64,000 bases of DNA, from IMG/VR virus record IMGVR_UViG_3300019776_000961, positions 129,221-193,220 of that record, one strand, 5' to 3'. A program made the position numbers and the translations under genes. Source of the DNA: a virus. Positions 38,933 through 48,273 of this stretch are shown in pieces. The notes beneath the pieces were generated by a model that did not search any database, was not told where the DNA came from, and worked only from the letters and a program-made list of their open reading frames with translations. Each line of letters opens with the position of its first letter. Within the stretch, counting starts at the first letter, position 1.

Positions 38933-39862
38933 TTACTGACCCATTGCTTTTAACGTATAATTTTGAACACTAATTAAACCGACAGGTAGCAGATCAGCTC
39001 TACTAGCGCGTACAGGATTAATGTCGAGCGAACCACGTCGTGAATAGAGTAGTGATACACAGCAATCCTCAACCTCAGGATGCTTCATAATACTTGTAAA
39101 GAGCTTCTCAGCACAGAACTCATGGAACTCGTTAACCTCACGCAAGGAGACAATCTCCTTAAAGAGTGACTCCGGATCTACAGCCATTCCATCCTTTGAG
39201 ATGATATGGATATAAGCAGCTCCTGTGTCCTTCTGCTTTGTATGACGGCAGCGTGAACGTAATGCGTTTGTAAAATACTTGCTTGATACCTTCTCACTAT
39301 CTTCAGGATGAAGTTTTGCAAACTTAATATGACTCTCCTTAGCATTATAGTCAGTAATATTGACTGTATTAGCTCTATCAAGAAGCTCCCAGAATAAATC
39401 CTTATAACCTTCAAGAGGAAAAGTAAGAGGCTGGGTATCAGCACCTGATGGGAAGAACTTTACATCAACAGGTGATCCAATACATGCAGTAAGATCGATA
39501 GCGATTTGCTTCTCGTAATTAGCGATAGCTTGTTTCACCGTTTCACCCATCTTACACATATCAAATGAATTCATATAAAGCTTGGCTGACTTTGACTCAA
39601 CCATGAACTCTGAATCAGCTTTATAGGTGTACTTGACTGTACCCGCTACAGGATACCCATTATTAAGAAGGAATGTAGCTTCATGACAGTGCCATGTATC
39701 ATAACCAAGAAACTCGCCACCAGTAATACCCCAATCCTTACGAGCAAGCTCACGAGGCATAGGGTTGAGAAGTGAAGGGTCAAATTGCTCGGTATAGACG
39801 GCATATGAAGCTGAAGACCCGAGCGTCTTCGATGCAATATCAGTTAGTGTAGTTGTGAACAT
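38933..39862 (-). CDS. queF: NADPH-dependent preQ0 reductase (two-domain, E. coli type)
   Basis: LG...Y...DPSLL.P.PR, ESKSAKLYMNSF, LRSRCRHTKQKDTG, EFHEFCAE, YSRRGSLDINP.R. Confidence 0.9.
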   Translation of the reverse strand: MFTTTLTDIASKTLGSSASYAVYTEQFDPSLLNPMPRELARKDWGITGGEFLGYDTWHCHEATFLLNNGYPVAGTVKYTYKADSEFMVESKSAKLYMNSFDMCKMGETVKQAIANYEKQIAIDLTACIGSPVDVKFFPSGADTQPLTFPLEGYKDLFWELLDRANTVNITDYNAKESHIKFAKLHPEDSEKVSSKYFTNALRSRCRHTKQKDTGAAYIHIISKDGMAVDPESLFKEIVSLREVNEFHEFCAEKLFTSIMKHPEVEDCCVSLLYSRRGSLDINPVRASRADLLPVGLISVQNYTLKAMGQ

Positions 39863-40413
39863 AAAATCATTTTAATCTGTTCCATTCGTTGTTCAACTGT
39901 TCCTTTTACTCGAACAACTTTATTATGTAGAACACTTCCGTAAGTAGCTCCGCTCATTACTTCTTCAAATATCTCAATCATCTTATTTCTAAATTCAACA
40001 TCGATACTTCTCTCACCATCATCCACTAACTCAACGTCATAAGGATCAGGGTATATAATGTAATCGAGCTTATCAATGAGTTCACCATATACACCTTTTG
40101 CATAATCAAATACCCATTTAGATACTTTACCTTCTAAGTGTAAATACCCTGTATAACACAGTCCATCAAGAATACAGCGATCTAAGATCAAACCCTGTTT
40201 CTCGTGCGATATAAGACTATTCTCAATATGTTTATTAATGATTAAGCACTGAGTAATATTACTACCAGCCTCGTTAATCGGAACATTGAATTCCCTCTTT
40301 ACAAGTCTAGTTACTTCGTCAACAAAAGTAAATTGATCACTATAAAGCTCTTTACAAGCTTTCAATAGAGTCGTCTTACCTGTACACTGTGCTCCTGTAA
40401 AACTTACAATCAT
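39844..40413 (-). CDS. P-loop nucleotide kinase-like (AAA_28)
   Basis: FTGAQCTGKTT, ILDRCILDG, LVDDGERS. Confidence 0.75.
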   Translation of the reverse strand: MIVSFTGAQCTGKTTLLKACKELYSDQFTFVDEVTRLVKREFNVPINEAGSNITQCLIINKHIENSLISHEKQGLILDRCILDGLCYTGYLHLEGKVSKWVFDYAKGVYGELIDKLDYIIYPDPYDVELVDDGERSIDVEFRNKMIEIFEEVMSGATYGSVLHNKVVRVKGTVEQRMEQIKMILCSQLH

Positions 40414-40429
40414 TTAATGAGTATAATTA

Positions 40430-40777
40430 CTACTTCGCCCACTTGCCACGATGAACAATCTCAGCAATTATGCTGTATACAGCTGCGTCAAGGAATGCAT
40501 CAAATACTGATTCATTGGCAGACTCTAGACTATTCTTTCTTAGGACAAGATTAATGAGACGCTGCAACTTGTCATTCAAACGGACAACAATTGCTGAAAT
40601 AGATGCCTTGCGTTCCTCCTGAGTGTTGAGGGAGGAGCCAAGCGAGATGTTACCAGGACCGTAATCAAACTGCTTCTTACAAAAAGTAGCATAATGATCA
40701 GCCTGAATCTTTTTGAATTCAGCACATGTTTCTGGATACTGTGTTTCGATTGTTTGGATTATTTCTTCAATTGACAT
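40430..40777 (-). CDS. DUF1599 / nucleotide-modification-associated domain 1 (Nmad1)
   Basis: F.KKQFDYG..N, VRLNDKLQRL.NL, ESVFDAFLDAAVYSII. Confidence 0.8.
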   Translation of the reverse strand: MSIEEIIQTIETQYPETCAEFKKIQADHYATFCKKQFDYGPGNISLGSSLNTQEERKASISAIVVRLNDKLQRLINLVLRKNSLESANESVFDAFLDAAVYSIIAEIVHRGKWAK

Positions 40778-41312
40778 AATTTTTTAAAAGATCTCTCCAG
40801 AGGAGAATTGCTGCACTCTTAAGACGTGCGTTAAAATGTTGAAAGTTTGTTCTTGGGTTCTCTAACGGAAAACTTGCAATAATCTCGCCTTCATCAACCT
40901 CCGGTGATACTCTGTGTAATACACACCCCACAACATCATGGTCTGCATTAAATGCTCTAATCTGTGGATCTTTACCTTTCAGTTCTGGATGCTCTGTAAT
41001 TAAGCCAGGGTGTAAATTATAAATTTCATATTTTTCACATACTGATTTTGGAATTATACGCAGGTAACCATGTAAAGTGACAATAGGATTCTCATACTGA
41101 CTAAGAATGTCATGATAAACATTCTCATCAGGCTTAATATCAGTTTGAATAAGCTTACATCCTTTCTTTATGATTTCATTCATAAAGTAATCAATATCAG
41201 AAAGGTCTTGTTTATTTGTTACAATACAGTCTGGCTGAGTATTAAAATACATACAGAGATTTGCAATCTCTGATCCAGTTTGTGAAAAAAATGTAATCCA
41301 GGACCTCTTCAT
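40767..41312 (-). CDS. dpdN: PurN-like formyltransferase, probable dPreQ1 formyltransferase
   Basis: FFSQTGS, LHGYLRII, YNLHPG, HRVSPEVDEG (PurN Asn/His/Asp positions); context between queF and a DpdA-like gene. Confidence 0.7.
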   Translation of the reverse strand: MKRSWITFFSQTGSEIANLCMYFNTQPDCIVTNKQDLSDIDYFMNEIIKKGCKLIQTDIKPDENVYHDILSQYENPIVTLHGYLRIIPKSVCEKYEIYNLHPGLITEHPELKGKDPQIRAFNADHDVVGCVLHRVSPEVDEGEIIASFPLENPRTNFQHFNARLKSAAILLWRDLLKNYVN

Positions 41313-42127
41313 CGACGAATAGTCTTTTTAAACATTGATGTATTATAGTTTACTGTCTCAAGCTGATCAACGCTAAATTCATATTCAATTAAATCTGCTA
41401 GCTTTGTCGATGGCTTAAACGGCAAACCATAATCAGCATCATACTTTAAATTGTGAATAGCTGCAACAATTGGATTGCTCGTATCACAGCTTACAATGTT
41501 ATGAATATTATTATCGACATAATAACGGAACTCTCTTGCAAGAGAACAACCAAGAAGGTGATGCGGTTTATCCCATCTCCAAGCACCGTATTCAATCAAT
41601 TGACTAATAAACCGCTGACGACCGGAGCACCATCTCTCAAGAGAAGTCTTACCCTCACCTGTAATTTCATAGTAAGAGAAGTCGAAACTTATAGCAATCA
41701 TATCTGCTGAATCTGCCATAAACATATAGCATGCAAGAAGATCATTCCACGTCTTACCCTGAACTGCACCAATTGCCTTTGTTATACAATGTTGCTTAAC
41801 TTGATCAATCTTACCAGTCTCAACCCAATTACTAAAGCTTGTAACAGTACCAACAGTGTCCTCGAGAACATCAGGTACTATAAACATATTTGGCTTAAGA
41901 TCAACAGCCTCAGCTAAGAATTTATCAGAATCAAAAGAGTGTCCAAGTTCAAAGATTGAGTTGTCAAGAAGCACTTCCCTATTATAGATCTCTCGTGAAG
42001 CTTTGAAGAAGTTTTTATATGTTGGATATTTCTCGAATAAATGTACGAGTGCGTAATCGAAATCATTATAACTACGTGAGCTTTCTAGAATAGAAATAGG
42101 AGATTCATGAGAGACTTTCATTAGCAT
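41309..42127 (-). CDS. dpdA: TGT-superfamily DNA guanine transglycosylase (DpdA-like)
   Basis: LLDNS.FE, IVPDV, AVQG, HHLLG, SCDTSNP align with the TGT/DpdA motif order; operon with queF. Confidence 0.75.
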   Translation of the reverse strand: MLMKVSHESPISILESSRSYNDFDYALVHLFEKYPTYKNFFKASREIYNREVLLDNSIFELGHSFDSDKFLAEAVDLKPNMFIVPDVLEDTVGTVTSFSNWVETGKIDQVKQHCITKAIGAVQGKTWNDLLACYMFMADSADMIAISFDFSYYEITGEGKTSLERWCSGRQRFISQLIEYGAWRWDKPHHLLGCSLAREFRYYVDNNIHNIVSCDTSNPIVAAIHNLKYDADYGLPFKPSTKLADLIEYEFSVDQLETVNYNTSMFKKTIRR

Positions 42128-42163
42128 ATCTAAAATATAAATGTAAATAATAATAAATCAACT

Positions 42164-45100
42164 ATGGAATATCCGACATATTATGGAAATTATATGGGTA
42201 TCGTTGTACAGAACAACGATCCATTGCGCCAGGGTAGAGTAAAGGTATTTGTTCCACACATTACACCAACCGTGTATAGTGGGTGGACCGATCAACTCGG
42301 TAATGATGGTGATATAGCCTTTAAGTTTCTTGGTCAGAACGTCTTTAGTGATATTGATGCTAAAGTTCTTGAGAGTATTAAGAAGGTACTACCTTGGGCA
42401 AGCGTTGCTATGCCAATTGCTGGTGAAGTAGCATCCGGACGCTACCATAGTAGTGATGATTTTGGTACAACAAGTGATTCGAGTAATGTTGATGAACTAC
42501 AAATTAAGGAAACAAATAAAAACCAAACAGGCGCTAACCCTGATGGTACAGGAGATAAACCTGGTAATCTTTTTGATCAGAATGCATTCATGCTTAGTGA
42601 TGCATTTAATAATCCTGCTGATACCAACGTTAATAACGTTAATAAGTTAAGTTATAACTATAAGCCCGAGACATACAGTAATAAAGCAAAAGGTGCATTT
42701 GCTATACCAAGAGTCGGTGCTCACGTTTGGGTATTTTTTACTGAAGGTGATCCTCTCAAACCTGTTGTGTTTGCCGCAGCATTCGGTGCGAGTGATTGGG
42801 CTGGTATCTATGATGTACATTCAGATGATCTTGGTCAGGATTATCCAGGTGAATATGAAAATTTTAAAAATAAAACAAACAATGGTGCGTATAATATCAA
42901 TACCGAGACGTATAGAAACAAATACGTTATAAATCAAAAGGGAGGTACTCTATCGTTTGTTAATACTGATCAGCGCGAACTTCTCAAGCTTACACATTTT
43001 TCAGGATCTTTTAAGGAATTTAATAATCAGGCAAATATTGAACTTGCCGTTAACAATGATCAAAAATTAGTTCTTGGTGATTCATTCTCTACTGTACGCG
43101 GTACACGTAATGAATATTCACAGATGGACTATGACTGCGTGGTAGCAGGTGATAGTTATAGAAAAGTTGGTGACCCAGGTCGTGTCTTTTTATACGAACA
43201 GTGGAAGCAGAAAATGAATGATATAGCTGATACCAAACAATTGTTTGATATTCAGAGATGTGATGCAGTAAACGATAAACTAAATACTAAGCTTCTTAAA
43301 ATAAACTCTACCAAACAAAAGAAAGCTGGTGTGCCTGCTTTGTGTCCTGTATGTACAGATATTGATACATACAATAGATCTATTGCTGCAAATAATTTGT
43401 TTACCGATGTAACAGGTACTTTTGGCTACAAAGTTTCAGTTAGTACAAGTGATAATAATACCGGTTCAACAGGCGCAGGTGGCGGAACAGAGACATCCGG
43501 AGGCATATTACCTGTACATCAACTCGATGCAGCAGGTCATCCGTTGGATGGCCAAGCACTCTACGGTTGGACAATGACGCCGAGAGGTGTACTAATTAAT
43601 AGTACTGGAGCTATTGTAGATAATGGATTCAAGCCATTAGTGCGTGTACCCGGGTTCATGCCCAACACTGTTCCTAAAGAAAAATGTCCATTATGTCTCG
43701 GACCATATGGTAAGCTACCTGGATTTAGTCCAAGCTCTTTCGGTGGCGTTTGGGTACCAGATCCTGAAAAAATTGCATTACCTTTACAGTACGCAAGAAT
43801 CATACCTGAGCTAGCAAAAATAGAAGCAGCAATGGGCAAAGGAGGTACAGAAGTAATTGAAATAGAAAAGAATAAGATTGAGACTATCGGCCTTGTAATG
43901 AACGACTGGGGTGCTATACGTGTCGATATGTTCGGTAAGTGTGAACCAGCTCAAGTTCAGGTTCATGAGACACACACTGCAATGGTTCAATGTCCAACAC
44001 CCCTTGTAGAAGTTGTACAGGTTGATGATCTACCTGGTGGTACGTATACCTTAAACGTTGCAAATAGATATAGTCTTCTTGTTGGTGCAGGTGGTATGAA
44101 CATGAAATCATACGGTGTTGTAAACATCTCCGGTGCCATGACAAACATTACAGGTGAACAAGTCAATATTGGTAGTGCACTTGAAGTAACGATTGATGGC
44201 GGTAAGAGACTTGCACTTGTTGCTGACGTATTAACACTTACTCAGCGTGATAAAGATCAAGTTCTCGTTGACAGTGATCTTGGTGTTACTGGTAAGACAG
44301 TTATAAGAGGCTCACTATTCGTTGAGGGCCCTATCTTCTACAGTGAAGCTCACACTGTCGGTGCATTACACGCCACACTACCTCACCAACACTCTGGTAG
44401 CGCTGCTCCTGGTACACCTGAGACAGGAAAAGTAACCCCAATGGGTACTGCAATAACAAGTGATACAGCTCATTTTGATGAAGTGACAGGTACACCTAGT
44501 ATTGGTTCCGCTGGTGTTGATATAGGAGCTGATCCATTAACACCAGTATATATGGGCTACGGTGATACAGGTCGTGCCGTTGGTTGTTTACCGGAGGATT
44601 TATTTATTGGTGTAGCACCAACTGGAACTACGTATAATGCTACTATTCACTCTATTACTAACCCATTCCTTAACGGTTCCTGTACCATAGAAATCACATC
44701 ACCTGTACCTGTGGTTGCAAAGCCTAACGTAATGCACGTTCAAACACAGTATACACCTACAACAGTAACAGCACCTGTCTTAAGTCTAACAGAGCTCGAC
44801 ATACAGCTTAGATCCATAGGTGACGAAATAGGTATCGTCACAGCAATTGGTACTAATATTAAAGGCGCATATATACCTGGTGCAGGTTATGGTGATATAG
44901 ATACACAGTTAAATCTCCCTCTTCGCGGTCTACCAAAGATTCCAAGAGAAAAATTAATAAAAGAAATGGCAGTAAAACAATCAGCCCTTAACGCGCCCAT
45001 TGTATGTGTAGGTGATGGTGGTCATTATGATGCTATTACAATGGCACCAACCAAGTATTCATTCCTTGGCAGCAATACAAAGCTTGCTACTACTGTACAA

Positions 45101-45199
45101 GATCATAGAGCTGATTATATACGCGGTCTTGGTCAGCTGCAGGGTTCTAATGCTGCATTCAGTAACAATAGTAATGTTACTGAATCATCGTTCACCTAA
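42164..45199 (+). CDS. gp5: Baseplate hub/spike gp5-like (OB-fold N-terminus, beta-helix repeats)
   Basis: YYGNYMGIVVQNNDP..QGRVKV..P, LPWA, IPRVGAHVWVFF..GDP..PV, H.SGSF.E; no lysozyme motif recognised. Confidence 0.75.
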   Translation: MEYPTYYGNYMGIVVQNNDPLRQGRVKVFVPHITPTVYSGWTDQLGNDGDIAFKFLGQNVFSDIDAKVLESIKKVLPWASVAMPIAGEVASGRYHSSDDFGTTSDSSNVDELQIKETNKNQTGANPDGTGDKPGNLFDQNAFMLSDAFNNPADTNVNNVNKLSYNYKPETYSNKAKGAFAIPRVGAHVWVFFTEGDPLKPVVFAAAFGASDWAGIYDVHSDDLGQDYPGEYENFKNKTNNGAYNINTETYRNKYVINQKGGTLSFVNTDQRELLKLTHFSGSFKEFNNQANIELAVNNDQKLVLGDSFSTVRGTRNEYSQMDYDCVVAGDSYRKVGDPGRVFLYEQWKQKMNDIADTKQLFDIQRCDAVNDKLNTKLLKINSTKQKKAGVPALCPVCTDIDTYNRSIAANNLFTDVTGTFGYKVSVSTSDNNTGSTGAGGGTETSGGILPVHQLDAAGHPLDGQALYGWTMTPRGVLINSTGAIVDNGFKPLVRVPGFMPNTVPKEKCPLCLGPYGKLPGFSPSSFGGVWVPDPEKIALPLQYARIIPELAKIEAAMGKGGTEVIEIEKNKIETIGLVMNDWGAIRVDMFGKCEPAQVQVHETHTAMVQCPTPLVEVVQVDDLPGGTYTLNVANRYSLLVGAGGMNMKSYGVVNISGAMTNITGEQVNIGSALEVTIDGGKRLALVADVLTLTQRDKDQVLVDSDLGVTGKTVIRGSLFVEGPIFYSEAHTVGALHATLPHQHSGSAAPGTPETGKVTPMGTAITSDTAHFDEVTGTPSIGSAGVDIGADPLTPVYMGYGDTGRAVGCLPEDLFIGVAPTGTTYNATIHSITNPFLNGSCTIEITSPVPVVAKPNVMHVQTQYTPTTVTAPVLSLTELDIQLRSIGDEIGIVTAIGTNIKGAYIPGAGYGDIDTQLNLPLRGLPKIPREKLIKEMAVKQSALNAPIVCVGDGGHYDAITMAPTKYSFLGSNTKLATTVQDHRADYIRGLGQLQGSNAAFSNNSNVTESSFT

Positions 45200-46152
45200 A
45201 CAGACTGAGTAAAGTATTTTACTTTACGTAGATCTTCTAGCTTTGTACCTCCTGCATAACTAATAGCGCTTTGCAGATCTTCTTGTATTTCTTGCATTTT
45301 TTGAAGATATGTCATTGTATCAGCTTCTATTAACTCTCGTTTTCCTTCAATGTTCTTATTGTGACCCTTATTGTAGAAGCTAGCTGATCCGTAGTATTCC
45401 TTTAATGTCTCACCAGTATGAGGGTCCTTAAATGTAGCTGATGGACTATCAGCGAGTTTTGCAAACATACTTCCTGCCATAACCATTGATGCACCTGCAA
45501 CAATTGCCTTAGCTATATCACCGTTACAACGAATACCACCATCGGCGATAATAGGTATATGAACAGGCATCTTATTAATACATGAAAACATCGGCATTGT
45601 AAAACCTGTTTTATCTTTTGTTGTACAAACATACCCCTGACCAATACCTACCTTCACAACGTCAGCACCCCATTTAATTAAATCATATGCTGCTTCATTA
45701 GTTACAATATTACCAGCGATAATTTTTGTCCCGTTATCGCGAAACTTTTGTAAATGAGCTAGCGTATCCTTCATCTTCTTGTGGTGACCATGAGCAATGT
45801 CAACGGTAATAAAATCAACTCTATGTCCAGAGTTGTATAACTCTTGTAGTATTTTTATATCACTATCATTTACACCTACGCTAATTGACACAAGCCTCCA
45901 GCCCTCATAATTAGCAATTCTTACGAGTTCAACAGTATCAACATCAAAGCGATGCATGATGTAAAAATAACCATTATTAGATAGCGTGCGAGCGGTATTA
46001 ATATTAATAGTACACTTCATATTTGAAGGTACAACAGGTACGTTAAATTCAAAACCTGCGAGTTCTGTGGTTGTATTAGCGAGTGATCTTGAATCAAGAT
46101 CGGAATAACTGGGTACTAAAACAACGTCTTTATAATGTAGTGCTTGCATCAC
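45196..46152 (-). CDS. guaC: GMP reductase
   Basis: VPVVPSNM, MHRF, VDIAHGH, AGNIVT, KVGIGQGYVCTT, ADGGIR..GDIAKA, EYYGSAS, DLQSAISYAG. Confidence 0.9.
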   Translation of the reverse strand: MMQALHYKDVVLVPSYSDLDSRSLANTTTELAGFEFNVPVVPSNMKCTININTARTLSNNGYFYIMHRFDVDTVELVRIANYEGWRLVSISVGVNDSDIKILQELYNSGHRVDFITVDIAHGHHKKMKDTLAHLQKFRDNGTKIIAGNIVTNEAAYDLIKWGADVVKVGIGQGYVCTTKDKTGFTMPMFSCINKMPVHIPIIADGGIRCNGDIAKAIVAGASMVMAGSMFAKLADSPSATFKDPHTGETLKEYYGSASFYNKGHNKNIEGKRELIEADTMTYLQKMQEIQEDLQSAISYAGGTKLEDLRKVKYFTQSV

Positions 46153-46165
46153 TACTAATAGTAGA

Positions 46166-46372
46166 TTACTGGTTCTTCTTTTTCAAGTAATCTTTTTTGT
46201 GGTACAACATCCAGTCGAGTAATGCCTTCTCCCAACCTACATCTCTACCTGCTTTTTCTGACAAATACCACTTATTTTCCTCTATCTGTTTCTTCTCCTC
46301 TCTGTATTTCTTAAAGAGGAGTGTATTTTCAAGAGGAAATTTCTCCATAAAAATATTTATGGTTCCGGCCAT
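46166..46372 (-). CDS. DUF4032-like small protein
   Basis: IEENKWYLSEKAGRDVGWEKALLDW. Confidence 0.65.
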   Translation of the reverse strand: MAGTINIFMEKFPLENTLLFKKYREEKKQIEENKWYLSEKAGRDVGWEKALLDWMLYHKKDYLKKKNQ

Positions 46373-46779
46373 ATGTATTCTAAATTTGTAGGAACCTCAG
46401 GCCAAATATGCTTATAAAATTCAGGCTTCTTTTGTATAAGCATCGATTTGTGCGATATATGCAAATCAGTATTACCTAACCAACCTGGCATACTATTCGT
46501 ATCTCTCACATCATAATGTGCTTTAATTTTCTCTAAGCATGTGTCCTTATATCCCCTCGCTCTCCATGCAAGACAAATTTGCACACCATATTCAACCAAA
46601 GCGTTAGGTGTCTTGCTCCACATCTTCGTACAGGGATGATTAGACCAACCCCTGCCTTTTGACAAACCACGAATTTTATTAAGCATTTGTAAAACTTCCA
46701 CTCGCTGCTTACCTAGGCGCTTTTGATCTAATACCTCGCCTGATTTATAAAAATCGTTATACGGAAGAAATGTTTGCAT
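46357..46779 (-). CDS. Pyrimidine-dimer DNA glycosylase-like (MSMEG_6728/DenV-related)
   Basis: MQTFLPY, LD.KRLGKQRVE..Q, HPC.KMW, W..RGY.DT, SH.S.L..K.P..Y. Confidence 0.8.
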   Translation of the reverse strand: MQTFLPYNDFYKSGEVLDQKRLGKQRVEVLQMLNKIRGLSKGRGWSNHPCTKMWSKTPNALVEYGVQICLAWRARGYKDTCLEKIKAHYDVRDTNSMPGWLGNTDLHISHKSMLIQKKPEFYKHIWPEVPTNLEYIWPEP

Positions 46780-46915
46780 TTATATACAATAGAGTAATAT
46801 TATTATTAATGCAATAAAAAAAGGAACAGTAGTATACTACTAGTAACTTCCTCAGTTCCCGCCAACCCGCCCCTAGTAGAACATACTTCTGCTCCTTCGA
46901 GAAAAGTATTTAGTT

Positions 46916-47536
46916 CTATCCTCTACTCTTTTTGTAATTTTCTACTATTTGCTTTAAGGCTTTAAAATTAGAAGAGTTTGCAGTATTCTTATTGCTGAGA
47001 ATAAAAATTGTAATATAGCCAACTGATTGAAAATATGGAATATCTTCACTTGAGAAAATATTCTCATACATTTTATTAACTGAGATGTGCTCTTTAGCGA
47101 GGAGAGTAATGCACTCACTATCAATAGGATGCACACCTGGAGCTACATGTGTAGCGCAGTTATTACAGTGGAGGTCATATTTTTTTAATACTTGTTTATA
47201 TCGCTCTACAGTGTAATTGAGACCGGTATTGAGATCGTTTAAGTCATTAATTAGACCATTAAATGATGGGTGTAGATTAAATGTTATACCTCTAAAAAAT
47301 AATGGGTATACTTCTGGTTGATGTACGAAATGAATATAATCGTTTGATTTAAAATCCTTACCTAGATGATGACGAAGATGATCATACTTGTCATTAATTT
47401 TAAATCCAATTAAGCAGAACGGATAATTGTCATCGGAAATTAACTCAAAGCCTGAAGGGTCAATTTCTTGGTCTACTGTGTTTGTATCGATTAAATTCAT
47501 TACTACGCATTTTATACTAAGCGTAGGTAGAAGCAA
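46916..47536 (-). CDS. Hypothetical protein
   Basis: 206-aa ORF; the true start may be downstream (MNLIDT). Confidence 0.55.
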   Translation of the reverse strand: MLLPTLSIKCVVMNLIDTNTVDQEIDPSGFELISDDNYPFCLIGFKINDKYDHLRHHLGKDFKSNDYIHFVHQPEVYPLFFRGITFNLHPSFNGLINDLNDLNTGLNYTVERYKQVLKKYDLHCNNCATHVAPGVHPIDSECITLLAKEHISVNKMYENIFSSEDIPYFQSVGYITIFILSNKNTANSSNFKALKQIVENYKKSRG

Positions 47537-47929
47537 CTATTTTACGTGTCGCAGGAATTCACTTATACAGACCGATAATATCGAGCATACTCCAGCAATA
47601 CAAGCAGCCATGACACTTGTCTTCTTATTCCAATTAATATGATGATCAGTTCTTCTCTTTTCAAACTCTTGAGTTATTTGGTATGAAATTAAATTGAATC
47701 GCTCATTAACAACATCGGTAATATTTTTAAACTTGAGCGTCATTTCAGTATCTATGGATTCAAAGCTTGAATCCATTTTTTCTTCCATGGTAGTTAGCCT
47801 ATGCTCTAGTTTTGAGACCTGATTAACTAACGATGGTGCGCCGTTACCTTGATAAACCGTTCTATACAAGGAATCGAGATCTCTGCGCATTTCTTCCATA
47901 TCGCGCACTGCATAATCGTGCTCATTCAT
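47537..47929 (-). CDS. Coiled-coil protein with C-terminal transmembrane segment
   Basis: VYQGNGAPSL, coiled coil, hydrophobic VMAACIAGVCSILSVCI. Confidence 0.6.
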   Translation of the reverse strand: MNEHDYAVRDMEEMRRDLDSLYRTVYQGNGAPSLVNQVSKLEHRLTTMEEKMDSSFESIDTEMTLKFKNITDVVNERFNLISYQITQEFEKRRTDHHINWNKKTSVMAACIAGVCSILSVCISEFLRHVK

Positions 47930-47939
47930 AGATTTATAA

Positions 47940-48227
47940 TTATTTATTGTTGATTGTAAAGCTATATGATAGTATGCCGTTTTTTAAGGAATATACTTTT
48001 CCAGTTGTTTTACCTTTGCTATCCTGTACAACTATTGTCAATTTATCCTGCGTTACAATAGGGCCGTTTATTATCATTACATTGCCGAGATTTATACTAT
48101 ATGATCTAACGCCACTATTTAAATCAAATACATTTATCTTATTCTTTCCGTCAATAACAGCTGAATATGCTTTAACAATTTGTGCTGGCTTATATTTTAC
48201 AGCTGTTGGCGTTGATACTTTACTCAT
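47940..48227 (-). CDS. Hypothetical late protein
   Basis: Start reassigned to MSKVSTP, with TATAAATA 5 nt upstream. Confidence 0.6.
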   Translation of the reverse strand: MSKVSTPTAVKYKPAQIVKAYSAVIDGKNKINVFDLNSGVRSYSINLGNVMIINGPIVTQDKLTIVVQDSKGKTTGKVYSLKNGILSYSFTINNK

Positions 48228-48273
48228 ATAAGTATTTATAATTCCCAGGGTATCTAATAAATAATTCAATAAT

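Noticed and set aside
40767-41312. purN as a purine-biosynthesis auxiliary gene
   Set aside because: No other pur genes are present, and it sits between a DpdA-like gene and queF, which fits base formylation better.
46840-46860. Hammerhead ribozyme suggested by CUGAGGA on the minus strand
   Set aside because: No correctly placed GAAA and stem II/III partner could be found.
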